A stretch of DNA of 27,409 bases from Penicillus capitatus. Lineage: Eukaryota; Plantae; Chlorophyta. How positions within the stretch are numbered: position 1 is the first letter of the stretch; the number at the start of each line of letters is the position of its first letter. Under the pieces are notes generated by a model that made no database searches, was not told where the DNA came from, and saw only the letters and a list, made by a program, of their open reading frames with translations. The stretch spans positions 588,213 to 615,621 of the forward strand of contig OZ287703.1 of NCBI GenBank assembly GCA_965649825.1. Direction: 5' to 3'. Shown here one piece after another: positions 12,001 to 18,756 of the stretch. The translations under genes were made by a program, and so were the position numbers.

Positions 12001-13324
12001 CTTCTGCATCGATCGATGCCATATTGTCTCGCAGGGTCAGATAGAAAGAAAACAGCGATTCGACAAAGGCCTTGTTAAGATCAGAGACCTGCACAAATTT
12101 TGTCTCTTCTGCAAAGAACAGGGATAGAAAGTGCAAACGCTCACAGATCCACTGTTCTGGCTTTTTATCTAGGATGTCAGAATTCAGAAGGCACTGACAG
12201 CAAATGTCTAGAAAGCAGGGATAGGCAGTGGACAGTGTGTTTTCAGCACAGAAGGTAACAAACTCACAGATTTTTTCAAACAGCACATCAGACAGAGCAA
12301 AATGCACAACAGGTGATAAAAACAGAAACTCGATTGTGTGAAAGAGAAGGATACTATTATCGGATGCCCCGACGAGCAATCCGTCAAGAAAAAGAGTGGC
12401 GATGTCCATTTCAATGCCATTCAATACCATCTCTAGAATTCCGTTGAGCTGAGCTTTTGTGGAAGAAACGTCAGGTCGGTAGAGATCGATGAGATTCGAA
12501 ACGAATGCATCGAATGCATTTCTAGATGTCCTTGCCGTTATGGCAGCCGTCAGAATTTTCTGAACGTGCTCACTAGTGTCACATCTCCCTTTCTGCGCGA
12601 CATCGAATCCACCACCATCCAAGGTCACTTCTGATGGTCCATCCATACGCGTGTCTTCTTGCTGAGAACTGTCACTGGAATCTGGAGTCATGCCAGCGGC
12701 GACAAAAGGATCGAAAACCAGCGATAGCAGTTCCTGAGAAGCAAGGATATCTCCCACAATCTGAGGGCCGTTCTTAATCTTTCCATGTATCTCCTTGCCG
12801 GTGCCCAATTCGCCACAAACGATGTGTTCCAAGAGGCCAAGGACGGCATCGATATCATTGCCCAAGACGTCTTTCAGAGTCAGCATTCCGAGCAGAATCT
12901 CAGCACTGGGGCCATCATCCTCACTCTGCAGCTTCATTCTCACTCTTTTCTTTATTGCCACCTCTTGTACTGACAACTTCGAATCGTCGTATTCTCTTTT
13001 GCGAAGGAGAATGTCGTAGACGCTGCATGCTTGCGATGTGGGCACTTTCTGCACGAACCAGTTCAGGATCTGTGCCAAAGGACCACAGGCGGCCGTCTTC
13101 GCTTTGAGCACTCTGACTGCATGCGCTTGGACGATGCAGTGGAAGAATGCGGCAGTGCCGTTCTTGGTCAGATCACTTTCCGTCGTTTCGATGGAACCGC
13201 GACGCGTGATCGCATCAACGGCTAGACGGATATCCTGAACTGCCGAGTCTTCTCTCTCGTCCAATGCGCGTTTTAGCGCGTCTTGGAGCATCGAAAGGTT
13301 AACCCACTTTGATGTCGCTTCCAT
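1..13324 (-). CDS. Giant midasin/Rea1-like protein with six tandem AAA+ (MoxR/dynein-related) modules; 3'-partial, >=4,441 aa, continues past the left edge
   Basis: The minus frame with codon starts at positions =1 mod 3 is open from 13507 (in-frame TAA at 13510-13508) to the window edge, and the first ATG is at 13324 (MEATSKWVNLSML...). No ORF in this frame is listed in the track, as expected for a frame with no stop. Walker A-type motifs: GSTGVGKT 10867, GNAGSGKT 9559, GKPAVGKT 8608, GESAFKT 7657, GAPGIGKT 6028, GPTCSKKT 4987. Each is followed by MoxR-clade signatures such as RINCSGDTSIEQFYG, FKWRDGTLLKAL, WILLDEIN, HPNFRLFASQNP and RIFATMNP. About 820 aa of helical N-terminal region precede the ring and >=1,300 aa of helical/coiled-coil linker follow it. 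No MIDAS/vWA domain lies inside the window. The start could extend by an upstream exon. Orthology to MDN1 is not established. Confidence 0.92.
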   Translation of the reverse strand, partial: MEATSKWVNLSMLQDALKRALDEREDSAVQDIRLAVDAITRRGSIETTESDLTKNGTAAFFHCIVQAHAVRVLKAKTAACGPLAQILNWFVQKVPTSQACSVYDILLRKREYDDSKLSVQEVAIKKRVRMKLQSEDDGPSAEILLGMLTLKDVLGNDIDAVLGLLEHIVCGELGTGKEIHGKIKNGPQIVGDILASQELLSLVFDPFVAAGMTPDSSDSSQQEDTRMDGPSEVTLDGGGFDVAQKGRCDTSEHVQKILTAAITARTSRNAFDAFVSNLIDLYRPDVSSTKAQLNGILEMVLNGIEMDIATLFLDGLLVGASDNSILLFHTIEFLFLSPVVHFALSDVLFEKICEFVTFCAENTLSTAYPCFLDICCQCLLNSDILDKKPEQWICERLHFLSLFFAEETKFVQVSDLNKAFVESLFSFYLTLRDNMASIDAEDFPFSVSSDFKTISNYCHRKASFSIFSCLLCVSHVNPRAFVVLSEEDCLARWLHKWCRNLNVDDVTRLFKLCENMKSNNSAPLLMSLDVLLQSDTGRCEVRNIAKGSVDWPKVCKALLCPSPGDAGVSSDAVLAVIRLACALDLKDCQYPIAALMSNVDQMLLCDIPSEDFRSFVRVLADKAVHQLSEWLTIAHSTAADTESLKDVKLFDWLVQYVIDVPADSTDDPLKTSLTAMLDRLFGLLQRNDASSVLAKVEELVSLLIDGKSQSQKEDKLAQSIEYMTTVPAFFSAKFPQGQNITSENAPLADLQRMVKTFGHSDLTLKSSHLRRTVLQTHTVPHSREKDTEPICPMILTPTTEENIAKIEEVAEDGSPVLLVGSTGVGKTATLTEVCRRKEVIFVRINMSSNLTPEDFLAKVVINREGETIRKLQPFAESFKKGFWVLLDEMNLAEEGALKVVIDAIESGKIAITDRSSAVSPTEIIPRHPNFRLFASQNPWQAGKRERISDAFLSQFSVMHFKELPTEEWRTIVAKKMHQGIKEDDDVDRVQKLSQLMTGFHSNLREELKGCAEKGSYATITNRELLMWTDMILAEERLVHAEEKLGEYAWLIYGCRFRGEGRQLVQNVINRHNLTIHSGETPLERLFEKYSKIKSPCRASDILLVSQFWQRHFPFHQFPNEDVMKAFNVCADAHIAVLKMIQSPEFMNTFGIYSSFSESWLAKWLADAMKEDVLQTKMLIALGRIGAEGYCMRFRLKEARDMVLDIFMNTFGGDLGIVSWSACSVPEMPIALDNHMCENLDVIAEAIRIEQSILISGNAGSGKTCIGKAVAFLLGNQYEHVTLTRESEPAMMLGEYLPGDIIGAQRKVEWRDGPLTRAFKDGSVCIVDNIGQAESVLQERMNPVLESPKVLCLTEKGDRKPLHSRILADGTVSNVPGPARGFQIVATFTPKGIAGRGQDSASSELTAALFNRFVVVHIDDPARMPVEEFFSALKSMLRCCLPLDRLAAAAPIIYTYCFKIRDFFAENRHMLTSFRDFVTLIDMATMLMVQMPRLGDQRALHCAMMSTFAAQIRDPLARDSLCCKMECPSNVLDTLGLLDDFTIDGDLVLTSSRKRHAQALLLGALTNKPVLLEGKPAVGKTALVYGLRRFAGVTNRVLLLSNSDTTTVQDYFGSWMPANDGFVFQKGILVQAMENGHWFISDEFNLAPVAVTSALMPFLEGNCTVQIPGSNMRLSVHPNFRFFATQNPSRGGRDGRKLLPVTVRNRFLTVDIEDFPRDEFMEILAKRFHGERYAGFDGQLNVDGLAKLYHLSPAEGFQLTMRDIIKIVRRYKLLKDERQRVTWTSVTMSLLAPQAITEEETAKLLRLVESSFGASEEVEAEALTKKNIVQEENGVRFCRGHLHVHFPGFKLDNSPLWRGSRSRHGPPAVFQHKLIDLAFAMKANEPVLLYGESAFKTELIKTWLELSGMTKSVQRVHLTSQSEATDLIGQVQLVSFVDVLSSLASTGDFIFSYLDNELEVQPRSGETVRGRTYLRRLRQSLYRRVLRFKCKLHGEEFDPGYEDLSDPIGTDAEDEQSASDGEYENEYPEFEFDRSSDGSVNGETDVDDDGDTEDSNAQREGHGIQASTSADPDDHNKDLDSPRENSAKLTEDDHLTLIDDVVAKIPELANNIMGESIPAAMQRMVHRLKQLRLFIRSTDVKNSKPCFMFRDGPFVKAITMEHAFVVEDYDLCAQAVTERLNSALEVDPTFSIPEDVSFSDSIAAEMNIPNQGYCFIATSHLDSANKKPQLSAATMSRLTQIRVPVYQTSDIMSIAEEKFRQELHYSEMDSLPYLMSQVKDIRSEIVGAHPEHPCEDFRRILRWITFVTQHPRNLSLQKRCMLGAKFFYLAGYPTDIQNEVLQKFFPNAFEDLKPDHALPVEDNPFTVEESEDQGGRVVSLKGIGLSLSMMSNAAEASEESELPDLFLCPTDSVVENMARVFASVCTNSPLLLEGAPGIGKTAVITQVAQFLGTDLERINCSGDTSIEQFYGAVMPLYVDDRREFKWRDGTLLKALKSQKWILLDEINLLPAQVLESLVPLLDGSAATEGFSIPGKLDSGRLSLKGIRIFATMNPAAQGGGRAKLSRSIKNIFTAVQMESYTDTDLTQILEKQFQTLSSKKLITEDHLQHIFEVYKRVEQLVESGQIPGANRKHKFNLRDLAAVRDIVTGNIETQISHHTVMVCDGSKETEQAFDQNSVILSVIRKALQLVFKHRFDNRLAAGQIQDVIDEVVEPPQMELDQGDHPSIDLSVGNLLRIGNVYMEKDEARASQGSLVHTVNTIRQLELLATASQSQRAVLLEGPTCSKKTSLVKELAAITGIPLLVLSLHRDFEVADLIGQWLPFTTSDITKELKKTIPELRDDVARFGLGHSGEILQINRAAFYEAMKMLYSKNKSNLSIDEMHEVIENVELVLGILEECGSEMQEALAKKTAALKNTLSSIELDSSSTVFKFVESDLIKALKSGSFILFDNINAASPDVIERLLSLFEETPFLSLYEHSEGEELKPGAGIHLTTRIFATADRKKINTFGLSNPLLNRMIKIWLPEIDGDVLDPDLRSLESHETVEIASEALGSVEGGIVAAILAVAFHVKARKLAQTSQITIMQDSKISFRMLEQALSVARTWLKRGEPLFSATVWGLWRVYTAIVEPDDDLEELRTAMHETCKERTLLPMHRFYSVIDGKRDTLTPFQKESRVLRSVFAPFVHTCAKHLLRQVMSIENKGSFSKALALFLEKLFAHLYPHEMAHAEQISRTVHSASEFSQFCSEKGGPLADYLKEFSTTENKTLALFKQTPEKLERMVKRFVNNSSFVDWKQRKAFVLDLSLVLKTLSCVLDSDVGCCSQDLEDIQELIERLSSVRHLVHYFHPLEGDDFAKKAEDLGEHQQNCQDKALKFNLHKRLADTFAEIDRDKLRGSILRLLKETGKPKEEANRIAMVYVFSALDFKVSLLLDERLMLFHQESIAADEVLEIQRLFSRLRIMSDMRSLLDDLLNPKPQEPSEGKGAIAQCFSMVKGVFDAVTKGRRTESSEEGGPSTSTAVPHGEEASCQMAPRTPMERFDDLLRSSDCAFIVQSEFDDAVKLHGSILEYLLKEVQSNHPALSKIDVTTRCRLRMRLKESKESICKSELCMVWAVLFNQTIKSSIPYRLVKCCDENLDVDMADGGCPRAALLVGELSSCSSLSDLVSLVIIEDEKPTENSKKKSIKVMNYTWNPGSSSAQRWLEQWKKSREMDYAISLKECQLTRDCSFDGRLSRLGSTLVACLYTLTTLPHLNNASAASDHKRVDEFTTDLKNQMVAYKDAISLLFEESEDTLTRHLLRVDNSIRETETESNRLSRKSRKMLAAAAKPFDQTEIEMMEQNIEDKLKDIEKRLLSSEREFASFAFSFKLLVDKLKDCPVQELTLRLKGLLQQAEDKFGDIFVALDFILPVLKLKDFLIRYSTRYFKPRGSRIWETVNEICVLVSKTVAYFTGLLIIEGEDMKFDSTKPVTDFDTWQEDLNALTKKLSIEQDWLQKNDLDNLFGKLKAKYEDLQRSGAGHDPGTSQPSAGEGSSAYSRDQDMSRKRDIVAQQITELKQQFKDLWKNAKDRPQPLTAIMQEAIKAVQALDRMNHHELNEISVATYQVKLNNLRTKLSEFRAEETQNEVTVTSKELHDLESEKMNCINAMDLSLTDVQHAECDHAYLESFNYQWKQLDAIISYRPTMKDEIRYLLDMLSSCKENSVWNNALVALYEACSCKEVDERCAILKGLSNLHIFSDDLSMRMAFQTDGKDSDKVQDAAFDELIQLRGRYLLGKYAGVLSGWTTGKVKAAVDAIFNVCRAENLLMITVRPILEDLRCHSGELHRHLNTLSTSNDVELSFACPKFSGHDVAILFGFNQSTLPNRLLNRPTRGSGLRSRRRFLNGSRGYRKGFLASMAYIQDNDSRFPVFPDSSERVDALIEQLDRQVLENLGGTTEDMDDDGFHAA

Positions 13325-14296
13325 CGTTGCCTGGAGACACAGCGACGCATTGGGCAGTCCGTCGCCGAACGAGGATTCTTCGTAGGATTGAGATTTTTGG
13401 ATGCCGCTCTCGTCGTTGACGAAAAAGGCGAAGGCGCGAAATGTTGCAAGACATCCGAACGACCGCGTGCGCTTGAACGAGACTGTAAGGATCGTTGTTT
13501 TGTGTTCTTACTTTGCAGGAGGTATTTTTCTTGAAGTCGCGAGAGGATCGTTGCTTCCGAACGAATGAATAGTCAACGACCCTTGGAAGAAGATATTCCG
13601 TGCTGGGCACGATGCGTCGCGTCAGGATTTAACGTTGAAAATGACGCGACATGGTGGATGTATCAAAGTAAACGAGATGCTTCGACGGTCGACGCCACTT
13701 CTTGCGGAACACTACGGTCTTCTATCTCCTCTATCTCGCCTTACCTTTTGTTATGTTCATGTCCAGCATGCATTCGGTCTACTCCTTCCTCCTGGAGTAA
13801 TCTCCCATGAGGCGAACATAAGTGAACACGTGAAGATTTCTGTATCGCTCTGATTTCAGAGACAGAAGTTCATCTCCTTTCACAAAAAGACTAGCCGTTA
13901 TGAAGAGACAAGTTCAACGGAACTCTTTTTTCATGCGCATTGCTGGTAAGGTAGATGGTGTGTATATTAAGGCGTCCATAGTTGGTTGGACCTGCAAGGT
14001 GCATACATTCAGTAAGAAGTCTGAAGACTGCGTGGCAATCGCTCTTAATCTTCTATAAGATGGAGGCTCTTTACTTGCACTGTTATGAAATGCACATAGT
14101 ATGTGTGCTATCAAATAGGGTCGGGACGTCCAGATACGGTGGGTGTCTCTTCATGACCACGTATGTACTCACTGAATTCAACATGCGCATGAAATGCAAT
14201 GCATGACGATAATGCCCCATTTTGGCCGCCCTACTGTTCACAGACGTTTCTTCCTCTGTTCTTTCTGGACGTGTTGTTGTGGTTGTCGACACAAGT
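13325..14296. promoter_or_regulatory. Divergent (head-to-head) intergenic region between the giant AAA gene and NOG1; presumed bidirectional promoter/5' UTRs
   Basis: Inferred from gene orientation only. No convincing coding frame and no specific motif was identified. It could hide 5' exons of the giant gene (GTAAG donor-like sites on the minus strand at 13511 and 13744). Confidence 0.4.
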
Positions 14297-16474
14297 ATGG
14301 TGCTCTACAACTTCAAGCAGATTCCAATTGTCCCAACGGCTTCCGATTTTATCGATATCGTTCTATCGCGTACCCAGCGCCAGACACCGACCGTCTGCCA
14401 CGGCGGATGGAAGATCTCGCGTATTCGGCAGTTTTACATGCGCAAAGTGAAACACACTCAGACCACTTGGCACGAGAACCTCGGCAAAATCCTCGAGGCC
14501 TTTCCCACTATACAAGATGTTCATCCCTTCTACTCAGATCTGCTGAATGTCCTCTACGACAAGGACCATTACAAATTGGCACTTGGGCAGCTCAATGTCG
14601 CTCGCAATCTCATCGATCGATTAGCACAAGACTACGTACGTCTCCTGAAGTACGGAGATTCGCAGTATCGATGCAAACAGCTCAAACGAGCAGCTCTGGT
14701 GCATCGCGCTTTCATGGTATCTCTATGGGTCAGTGAGAAAAACTGTAGGGACGCATGGCAACGATCATGAAGAAGCAAGGGCCGGGATTAAAGTACCTAG
14801 AGCAGGTACGGCAGCACATGTCTCGTCTGCCGTCCATTGACCCGAACACACGGACTCTACTCTTGTGCGGTTATCCCAATGTTGGCAAGAGCAGTTTCAT
14901 GAACCTGGTCACGCGTGCCGATGTGGAAGTGGAACCTTACGCTTTTACCACGAAGTCTCTCTATGTGGGACACATGGACTACAAGTATCTCAGATGGCAA
15001 GTGATTGACACACCAGGCTTGCTGGATCGTCCACTGGAGGATCGAAACACGATCGAAATGCAGAGCATTACCGCATTGGCACACATCCGTGCAGCTGTTG
15101 TTTACATCGTAGATATCTCGGAAGAGTGCGGATACACCATAGCACAGCAAGTGACGCTGTTTCAGTCCCTCAAACCGCTCTTTGCCAACAAGCCCATCCT
15201 TATCTGCTGCAACAAAGTCGATGCACGTCCTATGGATACACTCAGCAAAGAAGAATTGACCTGTCTTGAAACTCTCGCAGCTGAGACGCTGAAACTTGAA
15301 GGCGGCGTGGAGTTCATGGAGAGCGATGTGTCCGGAATGCTCTGGCCGATGAGTACAATGAGAGAGGAGGGCGTTATGGAGGTCAAACGTGCTGCCTGTG
15401 AGAGACTGCTGCAACAGAGAGTGGATGCCAAGTTGCAAGGCCATCGATGCGAGACGATCCTCAACAGAATCCACGTCGCCATGCCCAAAGGCGGCATCGA
15501 TCCAAACCGACCCCCCTGTATTCCAGAGAGCGTGTTGAGAGCAAGAGAACAGGCAGTCACTGAGAGTGCCTCCGAAAAGAAGCTCACTGAGAAAGAGATC
15601 CAAGAGGTGATGGGAGGCGGCGGCGTGTACTGGTCGGATGAGCGGAAGGGCTATCTACTTGAAAAGGCCGAGTGGAAGTACGATATCATGCCGGAGATAT
15701 GGGACGGGCATAACATCCTCGATTTCGTCGATCCTGACATCGATCTGAAGCTCAAGGAGCTGGAACTCGAGGAAGCGGAATACGAAGTGAGCATACATAA
15801 CAGACGTGTGCGAGATCTGGGTGGAATGTCATGCAGCATCGAATGGAAGATGACGATCTAGAAGTGGAAGAAGAAGGACCATTGGAACAGGACGAAACGG
15901 AACTGTTAGAGCAGATCCGCCGCCAGAAGCGCATCAGGAAACAAGAGAGCATCCGCGAAAAGACATCCAGGACGAACAATCCCATTGTCTCCAGGTGGGC
16001 CATCCCTATCGACACGCCTCCCTTGACGTGTTTACCTGTGCTAGACTCAATCGTTCGCGTCGTTTGGATCAGATGGCGGAGAAACTCACAGAATTGGGCA
16101 TGGATCCGAGTCTTGTCGTGGAAAGAGTGCGCAGTGCGTCGCGTCATCGCCGACGTCGTAGTCAGAGTCGGGCCAGTAGTGGTTCGCAGATGGATGAGGA
16201 CACCGAAGAGGACGGCACTTCACGGAAGCGGCTGCATTCCTCCAAATCGCGTTCGCTTTCTCGTGGTCGCAGCGTGTCTCTGGCCAAGCCTGCGCAAGGC
16301 AGTGGGCTGAAAGACGTGGCTCAGCGCAATCGTGCTATGCGCCTTGCCGATCGTCACCAACGCCGTCGCAACAAACAGGCACGTCGCGGTGAAGGAGATC
16401 GCCACATTCCAACCCTCAGACCCAAACACTTGCTCACCGGTATTCGAGGCATCGGCAAAACGTCCCGTCGCTAG
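14297..16474 (+). CDS. NOG1: Nucleolar GTP-binding protein 1 (60S biogenesis GTPase), 675 aa; join(14297..14698,14749..15786,15837..15994,16045..16474)
   Basis: N-terminus [32 protein letters not shown]; G1 GYPNVGKSS; [12 protein letters not shown]; G3 DTPGLLD; G4 NKVD; NOGCT-type [22 protein letters not shown]; C-terminal [17 protein letters not shown]. Three GT-AG introns, each exactly 50 nt (14699-14748, 15787-15836, 15995-16044), restore one frame including RAAL|GRMAT. Confidence 0.97.
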
Positions 16475-16547
16475 AAAAGGATGTGATGTGACGGGTGTGT
16501 GATGGCGGTAATGACGCGACTTTCTGTCTTGGATATTGCACGACGCG

Positions 16548-17368
16548 ATGCGTCAGCGCGAGAGCGTTGCCTTTCAGAAGATCGCCGATCTGCAGAAAAG
16601 CATCGTAGCGCTGCAAAAAGAATGTGCCGAGCTGCGCGACGACGGCCGCCGACGACAGGAGTCCTATCTCCGACGCGAGGCGCAAATGCGCGCGACGATT
16701 GAAGAGCTAGAGAATCGAAAACGAGTGATTCACGAAGACGACGAGCCCGATGACGATATGATCATCCAGTCGATCTCACTCTTTTGCCCTTCGCATCTCA
16801 CTCTTTCTGGCGAAACAGGAAATGCCAACAGCAATTAGAGGAAGGGATTTATGCCCTGTTGGAGAAGCAGCGAAAACTCATGGGGCGCTCCGAGATGGAT
16901 GACTTAGAGCGATTCGATGAGAAACTCAAGTCGATCGAAGCGTCCATCCATCAGCGACAGCAACCAAGCAGCACTTCCTCGGCTCGTGCCGTGCAGAACA
17001 GGAAGACAGTTTGTCGATAACCTCGAGAGCGTGTCGTCCAGGTGGTTGTTCGTTGGCAGATCGAAGCGATGGAGGAGCTGACCAATTTGAGGAAGAGCCA
17101 CGCAGCATTGCAAGAGAAGTATCGAGAGGAGTGCCAGAAATCGGCGCAACTCCGAATCGAATGTGCCTGTCTCAAAGACACGGAGGCGCTTCTCTCAAAG
17201 TATCCCACGCTTCCTCAGCCATCTCACTCAAATTCCATGTCCTTAGACAACTTGTCGAGCTCAAATGTGATCTCCGACGAAAAACGAAAGAGACCAAAGC
17301 ACCATAGCACAGTCTATGGAAGCGATATCGCCAACCGTCGCTTTCGAGTGGCGGATCAAAATGTGTGA
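16548..17368 (+). CDS. Uncharacterised coiled-coil protein, 239 aa; join(16548..16768,16819..16990,17042..17368)
   Basis: Three track ORFs are joined in frame by GT-AG introns 16769-16818 (50 nt) and 16991-17041 (51 nt). Heptad-like segments include FQKIADLQKSIVALQKECAELRDD and AMEELTNLRKSHAALQEKYREE. Family not recognised. Confidence 0.75.
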
Positions 17369-17388
17369 GAAAAGGAATTGTGTTATCT

Positions 17389-17893
17389 CTATGACTGTTT
17401 GGCTGTAATGTGTTTGGCAATGAAGTTTTGGAGATCGGATTTGGTTTGACTCAGATTGGCTTCGCCCGAGATCTTGATTCCGCTCTTGGACTCCAATGAG
17501 ATCATCAGCTTCGCATCGAATGCCGTCGGAAAGGCATTGGGATTGCAGATCACTTCAAGCGCAGCGATATCGTCCACATTACCCTCTGGATTCTCATAGC
17601 TGTACCGCATCAGATCCCATCTCTGCGGCTTCTCTGCTGCCTGTTTTTCCTTAAACGTTTGCAACAGTCCATTAAAAGAGCGCCCCAAGTTGCGCGCCTC
17701 ATCTGTGCTGAAGGGCAATTCCACTGTCGATTCGCCCAGATGCAATACCAGTGGCGTCTCTGCGTCCGAGGAGATCCATAACGATCCAGTTCGATAAGGC
17801 GTATCATAAAGCACCTCGTGATAGACATCGAAGACGCCATGGACGACTCGGCCGAGGATGACAGAGAAGCATACGTCTAGCAGCGATCTTCAT
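17389..17893 (-). CDS. Probable plastid-targeted homolog of a conserved cyanobacterial hypothetical protein, ~149 aa; complement join(17815..17893,17389..17759)
   Basis: Exon 1, MKIAARRMLLCHPRPSRPWRLRCLSR, is basic and acid-free, like a transit peptide. A 55-nt GT-AG intron (17760-17814) joins it in frame to ETPLVLHLGESTVELPFSTDEARNL...LEVICNPNAFPTAFDAKLMISL...ISGEANLSQTKSDLQNFI. From memory this matches small cyanobacterial proteins with LEVFCNPNIWPTPFAAKVL...TTEAEL. Start codon uncertain (17893 or 17872). Confidence 0.78.
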
Positions 17894-17979
17894 CGACACG
17901 AAGAGACGTCACATCACGCAGCAGAATCGAATCGACAGACCCTTCAACTGTGTCTGCCGTGCCACATCCACCGTCCCAC

Positions 17980-18540
17980 ATGATCCGCACCGTCAACTTC
18001 CCGAAGAGTGCGCCCATTGCTTCACGGCGTCCAACTCGGCAACGCTCTTACGTCGTTGAAAAGTGCGTGCGCACTCGGTTGTTGTGTGCGAGTGCAGTGT
18101 TGAAGTCATATTAGGTGGGATGAGGAAGCTCACGGGAAGCTGACCTCGGAATCTTTTCGGCAGTTCTTTGGATCACAAGGATATACCGCTGCAGATAAAG
18201 TCTACGATACCGGTTTCTCATTTTCTCGACATAAACACGATGGACGAACGACCGTCGTGAACCTTGGAGGTCCCGCTTACGTTGTCGATTTCGACGATGA
18301 GCAGGTATGACGCCACAGTACTGCAATCGGATGCATGAAGGCAGCTGGTTCGTACTTTAGGTGCTGGTCAAGTCTGGAGAATACTTTACCTTTCCAGCGG
18401 GAGCATACCATGTGGAAACGGCACCGGATGGCATGCACTTTGGTATTGCAACGAAGGAACCGGGGTTGGCTGCCTTTCTTTTACTGGGCATAGCGTTTCA
18501 ACGCGTCGAAGCTTTTTTCAAAGGTTGGGTTGCAAAGTGA
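17980..18540 (+). CDS. Cupin-domain protein (bacterial Cupin_2-like) with a transit-peptide-like leader and hydrophobic C-terminal tail, 150 aa; join(17980..18062,18115..18304,18361..18540); not in the ORF track
   Basis: Spliced translation: MIRTVNFPKSAPIASRRPTRQRSYVVEK|WDEEAHGKLTSESFRQFFGSQGYTAADKVYDTGFSFSRHKHDGRTTVVNLGGPAYVVDFDDEQ|VLVKSGEYFTFPAGAYHVETAPDGMHFGIATKEPGLAAFLLLGIAFQRVEAFFKGWVAK*. Cupin motif 1 is HKH and motif 2 is GEYFTFPAGAYH. GT-AG introns 18063-18114 (52 nt) and 18305-18360 (56 nt) keep the frame. Confidence 0.85.
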
Positions 18541-18756
18541 AGTGAATCTGTGGAGTTTCTGTATCCGCGTTTTATCATGGCAGCCTTTGGATCAGACAGT
18601 GAGACATGCGTCATGCCATCGATAAAACGAGGCGGTAAGAAAGTGGATGGCATCGTCGCGTAATTTGACAGATTTTTTCATGGGACCCTTTTGAAAACGA
18701 CGCGTCATTCTTTATGTATCCACGTGGATGATGGACACTGTGTAAGAACATGAGGA

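Noticed and set aside
1-13238. Dozens of plus-strand ORFs (e.g. 10208..10981, 257 aa; 9077..9673; 8141..8725; 3017..3580) and short minus ORFs in other frames
   Set aside because: They are antisense or off-frame shadows of the giant AAA gene, with no recognisable motifs.
13299-14292. Short ORFs in the divergent intergenic region, and candidate upstream exons of the giant gene using GTAAG donors at 13511 and 13744
   Set aside because: No motif support. The frame-compatible acceptors for the 13511 donor give 29- or 40-nt introns, below the 43-57-nt range seen here, and I could not build a consistent model with an ATG.
14857-15603. 248-aa minus ORF (and 15162..15587)
   Set aside because: Antisense shadow of the highly conserved NOG1 GTPase exon.
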